A DNA stretch of 31,993 nt from Phycisphaerales bacterium (GTDB lineage Bacteria; Planctomycetota; Phycisphaerae; Phycisphaerales; UBA1924). Shown here one piece after another: positions 1 to 9,600 of the stretch (positions within the stretch are counted from its first letter, which is position 1; every line of letters begins with the position of its first letter). The DNA lies in contig JBMOHX010000001.1 of assembly GCA_049317625.1 (NCBI GenBank), positions 1-31,993 on the forward strand. The letters run 5' to 3'. The translations under genes were made by a program, and so were the position numbers. Under the pieces are notes generated by a model that was not told the DNA's origin, ran no database searches, and worked only from the letters and a program-made list of their open reading frames with translations.

Positions 1-216
1 TGCGGCACCGCCTGCGCCTGGCAGGCCGACGGCTGCTACGCCGACTACGACAACAACGGCGGCATCGACGGCGACGACGTGATCGCCTTCTTCGCTGACT
101 GGGATGCTGGCGGCAGCTGCGCCGACGTCGATGGTGCCAACGGCACCGACGGCGACGACGTGATCGCCTTCTTCGGCACTTGGGACGCGGGTGGCGTTGG
201 CACCCCCGGCTGCTAA
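1..216 (+). CDS. 3' end (partial) of a GC-type dockerin domain-anchored secreted protein
   Basis: Not in the ORF track. Frame 1 reads CGTACAWQADGCYADYDNNGGIDGDDVIAFFADWDAGGSCADVDGANGTDGDDVIAFFGTWDAGGVGTPGC-TAA(214-216): two EF-hand-like dockerin loops and a terminal GC. Same motif as the C-termini of 496-2721 and 3818-6013. Confidence 0.9.
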   Translation, partial: CGTACAWQADGCYADYDNNGGIDGDDVIAFFADWDAGGSCADVDGANGTDGDDVIAFFGTWDAGGVGTPGC

Positions 217-251
217 GTCCTCTACAAGTTCTGAACTCAGCTCAAACTGAC

Positions 252-288
252 CAGCCCCCCCGGATCACTCCGGGGGGGCTGTGTTTTT
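252..288 (+). terminator. Rho-independent terminator
   Basis: Perfect 13-bp stem CAGCCCCCCCGGA / TCCGGGGGGGCTG with TCAC loop, followed by TGTTTTT, 35 nt after the TAA at 216. Confidence 0.9.
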
Positions 289-495
289 GTGTTCGGTGCG
301 CCCGCGCGGCAGACCGATCCTGTTACCGGTCGATCCCTCGGCCCTCCGAGGCTGGATCACGATCACCTTCGCGCCATCCTGTTGAGAGTTCCTTGCACGC
401 GGGGCCCGAGGGTGGGAAGATGGTGCAGCCAGCGGCCGTCGGCGAGTTCGGGACTTCCGAGCCCGCGATGGGCACGCGTGAAAGGACGATTCGTC

Positions 496-2721
496 ATGCG
501 CAGTACGGTGTGGCCCGCTTGTGCCGCGGCTGTTGTTGCGGGGTGTGGGCTTGCGAATGCTCAGGAGTTTTCGTCTGGCCCCATTGCCGTGCCGATCCCC
601 GACAATCCGACTGTGCAGTCTCGGATCACGGTCGCGCCGTCGATTGTGATCGGCGACCTCGATGTGAGGGTGAACATCAACCACACGTGGGACACCGACC
701 TTGATATCGCTCTCGTGCCGCCCTGGGGCACGGAGTATCTCCACCTGTGTTCGGACGTCGGTGGTTCGGGTGACAACTTCACGAACACGGTCTTCGATCA
801 GGACGCGAGCATCGCGATCAACCTCTCTGCCGCGCCGTTCAACGGCCGCTTTCTCCCTGAGGGTGGCCCGATCAACTGGGTTGGTTCGATCGCACTCCCG
901 CCGGTCGCGATGGCCAATCTGGATGGAGTGAACGGTCGATCCACGCAGGGGGATTGGACGCTGTTGATTGACGATGACGCCGCGGGTGTGACCGGCACGC
1001 TCACCGAATGGGCGCTGCTTGTGACCGCGGGCGGCGGACCTACCCCTCCAACGGGTATTGCGACACTGAGCCCCGCTGCCGGCGCGCCGGGCGCGGCGGT
1101 TCTTGCGACCGTCGTGGTGACACCGGGGACGAACCCCGCGAGCAGCGGGCTGAGTGTCAATGCCGATGCTTCTGAGATCGATGCTGGGAGCATCCCGCTT
1201 CGTGATGACGGCGTTGCGCCCGATTCTGTCGCGGGAGACAACGCCTTCAACGGTCTGATCACCGTCGGGCCGCTCGCCGTGACCGGGCCGCGCCAGGTGC
1301 GGTTCACCGTCGCCGATCAGCAGGGGCGATCGACCGAAGGAGGTACGCAGTTCGCGGTGCGGAACCGCGCCGCGCCGAACGACGCGTGCGGCGGCGCGGA
1401 GGTGATCCCCTCGGGCTTCTTCCCGTACGAGTCATCGCCTGTGTTCGTGAGCGGGAACGCCGCTGCGGTGGAAGCGGGCCTCGTTTGCTCGCAGGGTGGA
1501 GCGACCAACGCGAACTCGTCGGTGTGGTACCGATTCCAGCCAACGCTCGACGGTTTGTACCGGCTTTCCACCTCGGAGAATCTCGCGACGGGCAACACGC
1601 TGGCGGACACCGTGCTCGCGGTGTACGACGGGACACCGGGTGGTTGCGCGGCGCTGACGGCGCTCGCGTGCGACGACGACTCGGGCGTGCCTTCCAACGG
1701 GAGCGATCTCCAGTCGGACCTGACGGTGCAACTGACGGCGGGCCGCGTGTACTTCATTCAGATCGCGAAGTGGGGCGGCATCCGGCCCACCGACTCCGAC
1801 ACCACCGCGATTTTCGTTGACCTCATCATCCCCGCGGGGGCGTGCTGTCTCGGCGAGGGTTGCGAGGTTCTCGCCCGGGCCGACTGCGAATCGCGCGGTG
1901 GCGCTTACCTGGGCGACGGCGTGGTCTGCCGCGAGCCGAGCACCTACCAGATGGGCCCGATCGCGTCGGCGTTCGAGGACATCTCGGAAACCGGTGCGTC
2001 GGTTCCGGCGAGCGACGATTCCTTTGCGCCGGTTCCGCTGGGCTTCGAGTTCGGTTTCTTCGACGTGCCCCAGTCGGGCGCGTTCATGTCGAGCAACGGG
2101 TTTCTGTCCTTCGGGGTGGGGAGCGCGTCGCTCGCCAACTCCCCCATCCCCTCGCCCACCATCCCCAACAACGCGATCTACGCCCTCTGGGACGACCTCA
2201 ACCCGGACGCGGGCGGTACGCTGAAGTACGAGACTCGCGGCGAGGGCCAAGAGCTCAGGTTCATCGCGCAATGGACGGGGGTGCCGCAGTTCGGGCAGAA
2301 CGACGCGAACACGTTTCAGATTGTGATCTTTCAGAACGGCAACATCGAGCTGCGTTATCAAACCGTCTCCGCGTTCAGCGACGCCGACGCGACCGTTGGA
2401 GTTGAGAACGCCGACGGGGACCTCGCGTACAGCGTGAATGGCTCGGCGGTGCAGCCCAACGTCGCGTTCGGGGTGCGGTTGATCCAGGGAACCTCGAACT
2501 GCGCCTCGCCCGCGTGTCCCTGGGCGGGTGACGGGTGCTTCGCGGATTACAACAACGATGGCAACGGCATCGACGGTGACGACGTCATCGCGTTCTTCGC
2601 GGACTGGGACGGCGCCCTGGGGTGCGCGGACATCGACCAGGCGAACGGGGTGGACGCGGACGACGTGATCGCGTTCTTCACGGCGTGGGACCAGAGCGGT
2701 GCCGGCTTCCCGGGGTGCTGA
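496..2721 (+). CDS. Secreted multidomain GC-type dockerin-anchored protein (proprotein-convertase P-like domain, choice-of-anchor-X-like, Cys-rich ACC motif, nidogen-like domain), about 741 aa
   Basis: Start moved from 289 to ATG 496 (AAAGGA at 481-486; signal peptide MRSTVWPACAAAVVAGCGLANAQ). P-domain motifs IPDN...HTWDTDLDIAL...GDWTLLIDDDAAGVTGTLTEWAL; LRDDGVAPDSVAGD; PNDAC; GACC...ADC...GG.YLGDG..C; IYALWDDL; C-terminal dockerin ending FPGC. Domain names come from motif recall, not an HMM search. Confidence 0.8.
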   Translation: MRSTVWPACAAAVVAGCGLANAQEFSSGPIAVPIPDNPTVQSRITVAPSIVIGDLDVRVNINHTWDTDLDIALVPPWGTEYLHLCSDVGGSGDNFTNTVFDQDASIAINLSAAPFNGRFLPEGGPINWVGSIALPPVAMANLDGVNGRSTQGDWTLLIDDDAAGVTGTLTEWALLVTAGGGPTPPTGIATLSPAAGAPGAAVLATVVVTPGTNPASSGLSVNADASEIDAGSIPLRDDGVAPDSVAGDNAFNGLITVGPLAVTGPRQVRFTVADQQGRSTEGGTQFAVRNRAAPNDACGGAEVIPSGFFPYESSPVFVSGNAAAVEAGLVCSQGGATNANSSVWYRFQPTLDGLYRLSTSENLATGNTLADTVLAVYDGTPGGCAALTALACDDDSGVPSNGSDLQSDLTVQLTAGRVYFIQIAKWGGIRPTDSDTTAIFVDLIIPAGACCLGEGCEVLARADCESRGGAYLGDGVVCREPSTYQMGPIASAFEDISETGASVPASDDSFAPVPLGFEFGFFDVPQSGAFMSSNGFLSFGVGSASLANSPIPSPTIPNNAIYALWDDLNPDAGGTLKYETRGEGQELRFIAQWTGVPQFGQNDANTFQIVIFQNGNIELRYQTVSAFSDADATVGVENADGDLAYSVNGSAVQPNVAFGVRLIQGTSNCASPACPWAGDGCFADYNNDGNGIDGDDVIAFFADWDGALGCADIDQANGVDADDVIAFFTAWDQSGAGFPGC

Positions 2722-2742
2722 TCGCGCGCGAGCGGGTGGAGC

Positions 2743-2748
2743 TATGCT
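2743..2748 (+). promoter_or_regulatory. Putative -10 hexamer TATGCT for a near-leaderless rsmH transcript
   Basis: TANNNT 5 nt before GTG 2754; same pattern at many genes in this window. A GGAG at 2738-2741 is an alternative SD reading. Confidence 0.4.
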
Positions 2749-2753
2749 CCGGC

Positions 2754-3719
2754 GTGTCCCGCCGCGATCTCCATGTCCCCGTTCTGCTGCGCCAGGTGCT
2801 GGAAGTTGTTGACCCCAAGCCGGGCCAGACGGTGGTGGATTGCACGCTCGGGCTGGGGGGGCACGCGTCGGCGATTCTCGCGAGGCTGCGGCCCGGGGGC
2901 CTGCTGATCGGGATCGACTTCGACCCATCGAACATCGCGGAGGCGACGGTGAAGCTCCACCGCGCGCGGGGGCGTGAGGGGGGCGTGGAGTTCAAGCTCT
3001 TCAACACGAACTTCGCGGGGCTGCCGGGGGTGCTGGGCCGCGCGGGGGTTGAGAGCGGACGGGTTGACGCGGTGCTGGCGGACATCGGGGTCGCCAGCAC
3101 GCAGATCGACGACCCGACACGCGGCTTCTCGTACCGCCGGTCGGGGCCGTTGGACATGCGGATGGACCCGACGCGCGGTGCTCCGGCGTCGACGCTGATC
3201 AACCGGCTCTCGGAGCAGGAACTCGCGGACGCGATCTGGGAGTTTGGGGATGAGAGCGATGCGCCGACGATCGCGCGGCTCATCGTGGAGCGCCGCAAGC
3301 TTGCCCCGATCGAGACGACGGACCAGCTCACCGCGATCGTGTGCGAGGCGCGGGACTTTACTCTCGAGCGGGCGGCGGGCGCGAAGCTGCACCCGGCGGC
3401 ACGGACGTTCCAGGCGATGCGCATCCTGGTGAACCGCGAGATGGCGAATCTGGAGCGGCTGCTGACGGTTCTGCCGGATGTGCTCAACCCCGGCGGCATC
3501 GCGGCGATCATCACGTTTCACAGCGGGGAGGACCGGCGGGTGAAGCACTCGTTCCGGGATCTCCAACGCGCGGGCGTGTACTCGGAGGACGGGCGCGACC
3601 CGCTGATCGCTGACGAGGACGAGATCCGCGACAACCCGCGCGCGAGGTCGGCGAAACTCAGGTGGGCCCGCAGGTCCGATCGGATTGAGGGGCTTTCGAA
3701 GGGATCGACAGGCTCATGA
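2754..3719 (+). CDS. rsmH: 16S rRNA (cytosine(1402)-N4)-methyltransferase RsmH/MraW
   Basis: HVPVLL, VDCTLGLGGH, GIDFD, DIGVASTQID...RGFSY, PLDMRMD, HPAARTFQAMRILVNRE, ITFHSGEDRRVK, NPRARSAKLR. Start GTG 2754 chosen because the ORF-track start overlaps the upstream gene. Confidence 0.95.
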   Translation: MSRRDLHVPVLLRQVLEVVDPKPGQTVVDCTLGLGGHASAILARLRPGGLLIGIDFDPSNIAEATVKLHRARGREGGVEFKLFNTNFAGLPGVLGRAGVESGRVDAVLADIGVASTQIDDPTRGFSYRRSGPLDMRMDPTRGAPASTLINRLSEQELADAIWEFGDESDAPTIARLIVERRKLAPIETTDQLTAIVCEARDFTLERAAGAKLHPAARTFQAMRILVNREMANLERLLTVLPDVLNPGGIAAIITFHSGEDRRVKHSFRDLQRAGVYSEDGRDPLIADEDEIRDNPRARSAKLRWARRSDRIEGLSKGSTGS

Positions 3720-3779
3720 TCCGCGGGCCGCTTCTCGGAACCTGGCGGGGTGAGCGGCGGGTGCGCGGTCAGTTGCCTC

Positions 3780-3807
3780 TTGTTTGAGACCGCCGATCCG
3801 TTATGGT
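3780..3807 (+). promoter_or_regulatory. Putative sigma70-type promoter TTGTTT-N16-TATGGT
   Basis: -35-like 3780-3785 and -10-like 3802-3807, 10 nt before ATG 3818. Confidence 0.35.
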
Positions 3808-3817
3808 AGTGCGACGC

Positions 3818-6013
3818 ATGTGGACCTCCCGCGATCTCCGATTCGCCGCTTGGACCTGGCCCCTCTGGGCGGTGTGCGCGGCCGGTGCGCAGGTGTACTC
3901 CTCGGGCGGGGTCAACACGCCGATTCCCGACGCGGGGGTGCTGTCGTCGGTCATCCATGTTGAGGCGGGCCCCGGGTCGATCGGAACGCTGCGCGTCCGG
4001 GTCCGACTCGAGCACTCGTGGGACGCGGACCTTGATCTCGCGATCATCCCTCCGGGGGCGACCGCGTACCTGCACCTCGCGAGCGATCTCGGGGGAAGCG
4101 GCGACGGATTCGATGCGACGACGTTTGACGGGGCGGCTTCGAAGTCCATCCGCGAGGCGGGGGCTCCCTTCGCGGGCACGTACCGGCCGGAGGGTGGGCC
4201 GATGATCTGGAACTTCGGCCCCGGGCTGCCGGGTTTGGCGCTCGACCAACTCCAGGATCTCTCCGGCGGGCCCGCCGATGGGGATTGGACTCTGCTCGTC
4301 GCGGACGACTTCCTGGGGGAGACCGGCACGCTCGTGGAGTGGGCGCTGATGTTCTCCGGTCCCGGAGCACCGTCTCCGATGCAAGCTGCGCTCACGTTGT
4401 CGCCGGGAGCGGCGGGGCCCGGCGCATCGGTTGTCGCGGAGCTGCGGGTGCAGTTCGGGCAGTTCCCGCTGAGCACTGGTGTGGTTGCCTCGCTGGACGC
4501 GACCGCGGTCGGCGCGGGCGTGGTTCCGCTGGCGGACGATGGCGTTGCTCCGGATGAGTCGGCCGGCGACCGGACCTTCACGGGCCAGCTCGCGATCGGC
4601 GGGTCCGCACCGCCGGGGCCGGCGGCGCTCGTGTTCGCCGCGGCCGATGCGCAGCTCCGCACGGCCACTGGTTCGGCGGTGGTGACGGTGCTTCCGGCGC
4701 CCGCGGTGAACGACCGGTGCGAGGAGGCTGTGGAGATCGGGCAGGGCGCACTTCCCTACGTCGCGCCGGCGCAGCCCGCGGCTGGGAACTCCGTGGACTG
4801 CGAGCATCCGCTCGCGTGCGCGGCGGGGGGCGGGGAGAACGCGGCGCGGTCGGTGTGGTACCGGTTTGTCTGCGAGCAGAGCGGTGCGTATCTCGTCTCA
4901 ACATCGCAAGCCCGTGCGCCCGGATGTACCGTGGCCGACACGGTGCTGGGGGTGTACGAGTCGCAGGCCGGGGATTGCGCAGCGCTGATTCCTCTGGCGT
5001 GCGACGACGATTCGGGGAGCGGGAAGGCGGCGGAACTCGAGATCAATCTGGCGGCGGGGGGTGTGTATTACGTGCAGGTCGCGGAGTGGGCACCGGGGGG
5101 CGGCGCGGCGGGCGAACTGTCGGTCTCATTCGAGCGCTCGGTGGTCGTCGGGGCGTGCTGCACGGTGACAGGCTGTGCGCGGGTGACCGCCGACGAGTGC
5201 GCGGCGGTGGGAGGGAGTTACCTCGGCGATGGCATCGGGTGCGCTCCGGGGAGCGGGCTGGTGCTGGAAGGCGCGGCGTACGCGTTCGAGGACATCGCGC
5301 AGTCGGGCGCGGTGCTGTTGCTCGGTGACGACGCGAGCGTGCCCGTGCACCTGGGGTTCGAGTTCGGGTTTCTGGGCGGCTCCTACACGGCGTGCAACGT
5401 GGGCTCAAACGGGCTGATCACGTTTGGTTCGGCGTCGACGACGTACCTGAACACGGCGATCCCCTCTGCGGCACCACCGAACGCGGCCGTGTACGCGCTG
5501 TGGGATGATCTGGATCCTGGCGCGGGGGGCGATGTGCGCTTCGAGGTCCGCGGCGCTGCGGGGGTCGACCTTCGGCTCATCGTGCAGTGGAGCATGGTTC
5601 CGCAGCACGGCTTCGGCGACGCGAACACGTTTCAGGTGGTGCTGATGGAGGGCGGATCGGCCTTCCTGTCGTATGGCGTGATCAGCGCGTTCAGCGATGG
5701 AGACGCGACGATCGGCGTGGAGAGCGCGGACGGCACTATCGCGCTGTCGCGTCCGGCGTCGCTTGTGGTGACCGGGACCACGCTCCGCCTTTGGACTGCG
5801 CCCGGCGTTGCGTCGTGCGCGGTCTGCGCGTGGGCGGTGGACGGGTGCGGCGCCGACTACACGAACGACGAGGCGGTGGACGGCGACGACGTCATCGCGT
5901 TCTTCGGCGATTGGGACGGTGGGGTGACCTGTGCCGATGTGGACCTCTCCGGATCGGTGGACGGGGACGACGTGATCTGGTTCTTTCAAAGGTGGGATTC
6001 CGGCGGCTGCTAA
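3818..6013 (+). CDS. Secreted GC-type dockerin-anchored protein, full-length paralogue of 496-2721, about 731 aa
   Basis: Same domain order: P-like domain (HSWDADLDLAII...GDWTLLVADD), LADDGVAPDESAGD, VNDRC, GACC motif, VYALWDDL, dockerin ending WDSGGC. Signal-like N-terminus. Start at 3818 or 3803 is uncertain. Confidence 0.8.
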   Translation: MWTSRDLRFAAWTWPLWAVCAAGAQVYSSGGVNTPIPDAGVLSSVIHVEAGPGSIGTLRVRVRLEHSWDADLDLAIIPPGATAYLHLASDLGGSGDGFDATTFDGAASKSIREAGAPFAGTYRPEGGPMIWNFGPGLPGLALDQLQDLSGGPADGDWTLLVADDFLGETGTLVEWALMFSGPGAPSPMQAALTLSPGAAGPGASVVAELRVQFGQFPLSTGVVASLDATAVGAGVVPLADDGVAPDESAGDRTFTGQLAIGGSAPPGPAALVFAAADAQLRTATGSAVVTVLPAPAVNDRCEEAVEIGQGALPYVAPAQPAAGNSVDCEHPLACAAGGGENAARSVWYRFVCEQSGAYLVSTSQARAPGCTVADTVLGVYESQAGDCAALIPLACDDDSGSGKAAELEINLAAGGVYYVQVAEWAPGGGAAGELSVSFERSVVVGACCTVTGCARVTADECAAVGGSYLGDGIGCAPGSGLVLEGAAYAFEDIAQSGAVLLLGDDASVPVHLGFEFGFLGGSYTACNVGSNGLITFGSASTTYLNTAIPSAAPPNAAVYALWDDLDPGAGGDVRFEVRGAAGVDLRLIVQWSMVPQHGFGDANTFQVVLMEGGSAFLSYGVISAFSDGDATIGVESADGTIALSRPASLVVTGTTLRLWTAPGVASCAVCAWAVDGCGADYTNDEAVDGDDVIAFFGDWDGGVTCADVDLSGSVDGDDVIWFFQRWDSGGC

Positions 6014-6133
6014 GCCCGCCCTCAAGAAAATCCAAGCCGAGCCCCAACGAACGGCTCCCCCGGCGCATACCAGAGATGAAGCACGTGACGTGCCCATGAA
6101 TCTGGGATCGGGCCTTGGGGAGGTGTCGCGCGG

Positions 6134-6691
6134 ATGGACTACCGAGACAGCAGCGACGAGTCGCTCATGGAGACGACGCGTGGAGGGTCGAGGGCCGCGT
6201 TCGAGGTGCTCATCAGGCGCTTCTCGACGCGGCTGCTCACCTTCCTCGTTCGGCTCACGGGGCGGTTGCATTCCGCGGAGGATCTCTTTCAAGAGACCTT
6301 CGCGGCGGTGTGGACCAGGCGGGAGACCTACAAGGTCGGCCGCGCGTTCAAGCCGTGGCTGTACGCCATCGCGGTGAACAAGTTCCGCGAGGGTGTGAGG
6401 CGTGCACCGGAGCTCACGGTGGATGTGGACCCTGATCACGCGTCGTGGGCGAGGGGCGAGGAGGCCGGCGGGGGGCGGGAGCTCGCGGCGGCGACAACGG
6501 CCGCGCTCGCTCGGCTGAGCGACCGGCAGCGGGAGGTGCTGGTGCTTCACCTCTACGGCGGCTTGAGCTACGCGCAGGTTGGCGAGTGCCTCGACTGCGG
6601 GGAGGCGACCGCGCGGGGTCACATGTTCCAGGCGTTGGCGGTTCTGCGGCGCGAGATGAGGGTGGCGGAGTCAAAGGAGGCGGCGCGGTGA
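6134..6691 (+). CDS. ECF-family (sigma-70 group 4) RNA polymerase sigma factor, 185 aa
   Basis: Region 2: AFEVLIRRF...AEDLFQETF..VW...FKPWLYAIAVN. Region 4: LSDRQREVLVLHLYGGLSYAQVGECL...TARGHMFQA. GGAGG at 6119-6123. Confidence 0.93.
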   Translation: MDYRDSSDESLMETTRGGSRAAFEVLIRRFSTRLLTFLVRLTGRLHSAEDLFQETFAAVWTRRETYKVGRAFKPWLYAIAVNKFREGVRRAPELTVDVDPDHASWARGEEAGGGRELAAATTAALARLSDRQREVLVLHLYGGLSYAQVGECLDCGEATARGHMFQALAVLRREMRVAESKEAAR

Positions 6692-9600
6692 TGAACCCGG
6701 ACACGAACAACGAGAAGCTGAATGAAACGGCGGATGCGCTGGTGTTTGGGCTGTTGAACGAGAACGAGGCGGCCCGCGTTCAGGCCCGCGCGGCGTCGGA
6801 TCCCGCGATGGCCGCGGCGATCCAGAGCGCCCGGGCTCGGCGTGAGGCGTTGCTCGCGCTGCCGACGGCGGAGCCATCGAGCGCGCTCATCGCGGCGGCG
6901 TTGAACTCGGCCCAGGCAGATGCCCAGCGTGTTGCGAGGCGGCACGGCCGCCGGCGCAGCATCTCACGCGGGATCGGAGGGGTGCTCGCGTTCGCGGTCG
7001 CCGTGATCGCGTGCTTTCACGCGTGGATCGACGGGTGGAAGCCGCCGGTGGTCGGTGTGCAGCTTGTCGCCCAGCAGGAAGTGAACGCGGGATCGCGCGG
7101 CTCGATGCGGGTTGTGGTGCAGGACGTCTCCGGCGAAGAGCCCGCGACGGGGAAGAACGTGAGTCTCGTGCTGCGCGGCGGGTCGGGGGGCGCGGTGACG
7201 CTCGCGTCGTTCAAGACTGATGCGAACGGGACGGCGTCGCCGAGCTTCGAGTACCCCGACTGGGCCGCGGGTAACTACACGCTTTCGGTCGAGGTCGAGG
7301 GGCAGACGCACCTGGAGCGCACCGTGGAGCTTAAGCGTGAACGCCGCGTGATGCTCAGCACCGACAAGCCGCAGTACCAGCCTGGGCAGACGATCCACGT
7401 GCGTGCGCTGGCGCTGACCCGGGGCGACGGGAAGCCCGCCGCGAAAGAGTCGGCGGTGTTCAGCGTGGTGGACCCGAGCGGGAACACGATTTTCAAGAAG
7501 TCGGGGGCGACCAGCGAGTTCGGGATCGTGTCGGCCGACTGCGAGCTCGCGAGCGAGATCCGGGAGGGGCCGTACACGATCCGCGCGGACATCGGGACGA
7601 CGCAGTCTTCCCGCACGGTGGAGGTGAAGAAGTACGTCCTGCCGAAGTTCAAGGTCGGGCTGGAGCTTGATGCGCAGTTCTACACGCCGGGCGCGACGGT
7701 GAAGGGGACGATCGACGCACGCTACTTCTTCGGCAAAGCCGTGAGCGGCAAGGTCGAGGTGGTTGTGCGCCCCATCGGCATCGTCACCGACGAGATCAAG
7801 GCCCCGGCGGTGAACCTCGACGCCGACGGCAGGGGCGCGTTCAGCGTCGAGCTGCCGAAGAAGCTCTTCGGGCGCGAGCAGGACGGGGGCGATGCGCGGG
7901 TGGAGATCGTGGCGACGGTCCGCGACACCGCCGGGCAGGAGGTCAAGCGCGTGGCCTCGCGCGTCGTGAGCGCGGCTGCGCTGCGGATGGAAGTCGTCCC
8001 CGAGTGCGAGACTCTTGTCGTGGGCGTGCCGCAGAAGATTCACGTGTTCGTGACCGCGCCGGATGGATCACCCGCGTCGGCCCGCGTGGGCGTGGGCGAT
8101 GGCGAGGGGATCGCGACCTCCGACCAGGGGCTCGCGACGATCGAGTGGACGCCGACACAGGACAACGAGAAGCTCGATGTGTGGGCGAAAGCGGGCAAGT
8201 CCCGCGTGCACCGCGTGGTGTCGCTCAGCTCGGTGCGCGAGGGGTTCGTGCTGCGGACCGACGGCGCATCGTACGAGGCGGGCGGGACCATGGTCGTGAC
8301 TGCGCTCGGTGCGGGCGTGCAGCCGGTCTTCGTGGATCTCATCAAGGACGGGCAGACGGTGGCGACGTACGTCGTCGAGATGAAGGAAGGTCGCGGCGAG
8401 CTCGCGGTTGATCTCCCGGCGGAGCTCAGCGGCGCGGTGATGGTCGAGGCGTACCGGTTCAACGCGATGGGTCTGCCGGTGCGCACGAGCCGACCGGTGC
8501 TGGTGCGGCCCGCGACGCGGCTCAATGTGGCGGTCGGGGCGGACAAGCCCGAGCACCGGCCGGGCGAGGGGGCCTCGCTCACGTTCACGCTCACGAGCGC
8601 TGACGGCAAGCCGGCACCGGGCGCGGTGAGCCTCGCGGTGGTTGACGAGGCGGCGCTGAGTGTGATGAAGGACCGGCCGGGGATGGAGAGCGCGTTCTTT
8701 CTGCTGGAGGACGAGCTGCTCAAGCCCGCGGCGGTCTTGTACCGGGAGGACATGCTGTCGCCGCGGCTGACGAAGGAGCAGTCGAACAGGGCGAGCTTCG
8801 GCGCGGCGATGTCGCGCGGGAGCGTGCGGGGTGTGGACCCGGCGACGCGGCTGGAGCAGCTCGGGTTCGGTCGGGTGTCGCGGAATGAACTGTGGAGGTA
8901 CCTGGAGAATGGCGGGGCGGGGCTCGCGCCCGCGGACTTCGGCTCGCCCAACGTGAAGGCGCTCCTGGCCTCGAGCCACGGGGAGGCGGAGTGGCGGTTC
9001 GAGCACGAGCGTCGGGAGGCGATGAGCTCGGTTTACGGCGCGTGGGCCATCACGGTGGTGGCCGCGGTACTCGCGGGTTTGGTGGTGCTGGGTTTGTACG
9101 TGCGAAGCACAGCCATCATGTTCGCGGTGGTGATCGCGCTGCTGGCCCTCGTGACGGCGCTGATGCTCCCGGCCCTGGGCCAGGCCCGGTCCTCTGCCCG
9201 GGGCCTGAGGGGGCAGATGCCCCCCGACGCGGCGGCGGGGCCTTTCTTTGGAGGAATGCCGACAACCGACGCGCAGCTCCCGATGCCGATGATGAACGCG
9301 TCGGCGGGCCCGTCCAAGTCGCCGTTGTCTCCGACCCGGGTGCGTGAGTGGTTCCCCGAGACACTCGTGTGGGCTCCGGAGCTGATCGCGGATGAGAACG
9401 GGAAAGCGACGATCGGCTTCGATTTTGCGGACTCGATCACGAACTGGAAGGCTCTGGGGAGCGTGGTCTCGCCGACGGGTGCGCTCGGGTCTTTCGATGC
9501 CGATCTGCGGGTCTTCCAGCCGTTCTTCGTGGACGTGAACGCGCCGGTTGCGCTGGTGCAGAACGATGTGATTGACCTGCCGCTGGTGGTGTACAACTAC

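Noticed and set aside
66-175. 29-bp exact direct repeat (66-94 and 147-175) that looks CRISPR-like
   Set aside because: Only two copies, in frame, encoding the two DGDDVIAFF dockerin loops; no cas genes.
6445-6690. Upstream extension of the A2M ORF; similarly 289-495, 16753-17187 and 19627-20022
   Set aside because: These overlap neighbouring genes or terminators. Downstream ATGs fit better: SD sequences for most, followed by a signal peptide or, for A2M, a stop-start overlap with the sigma gene.
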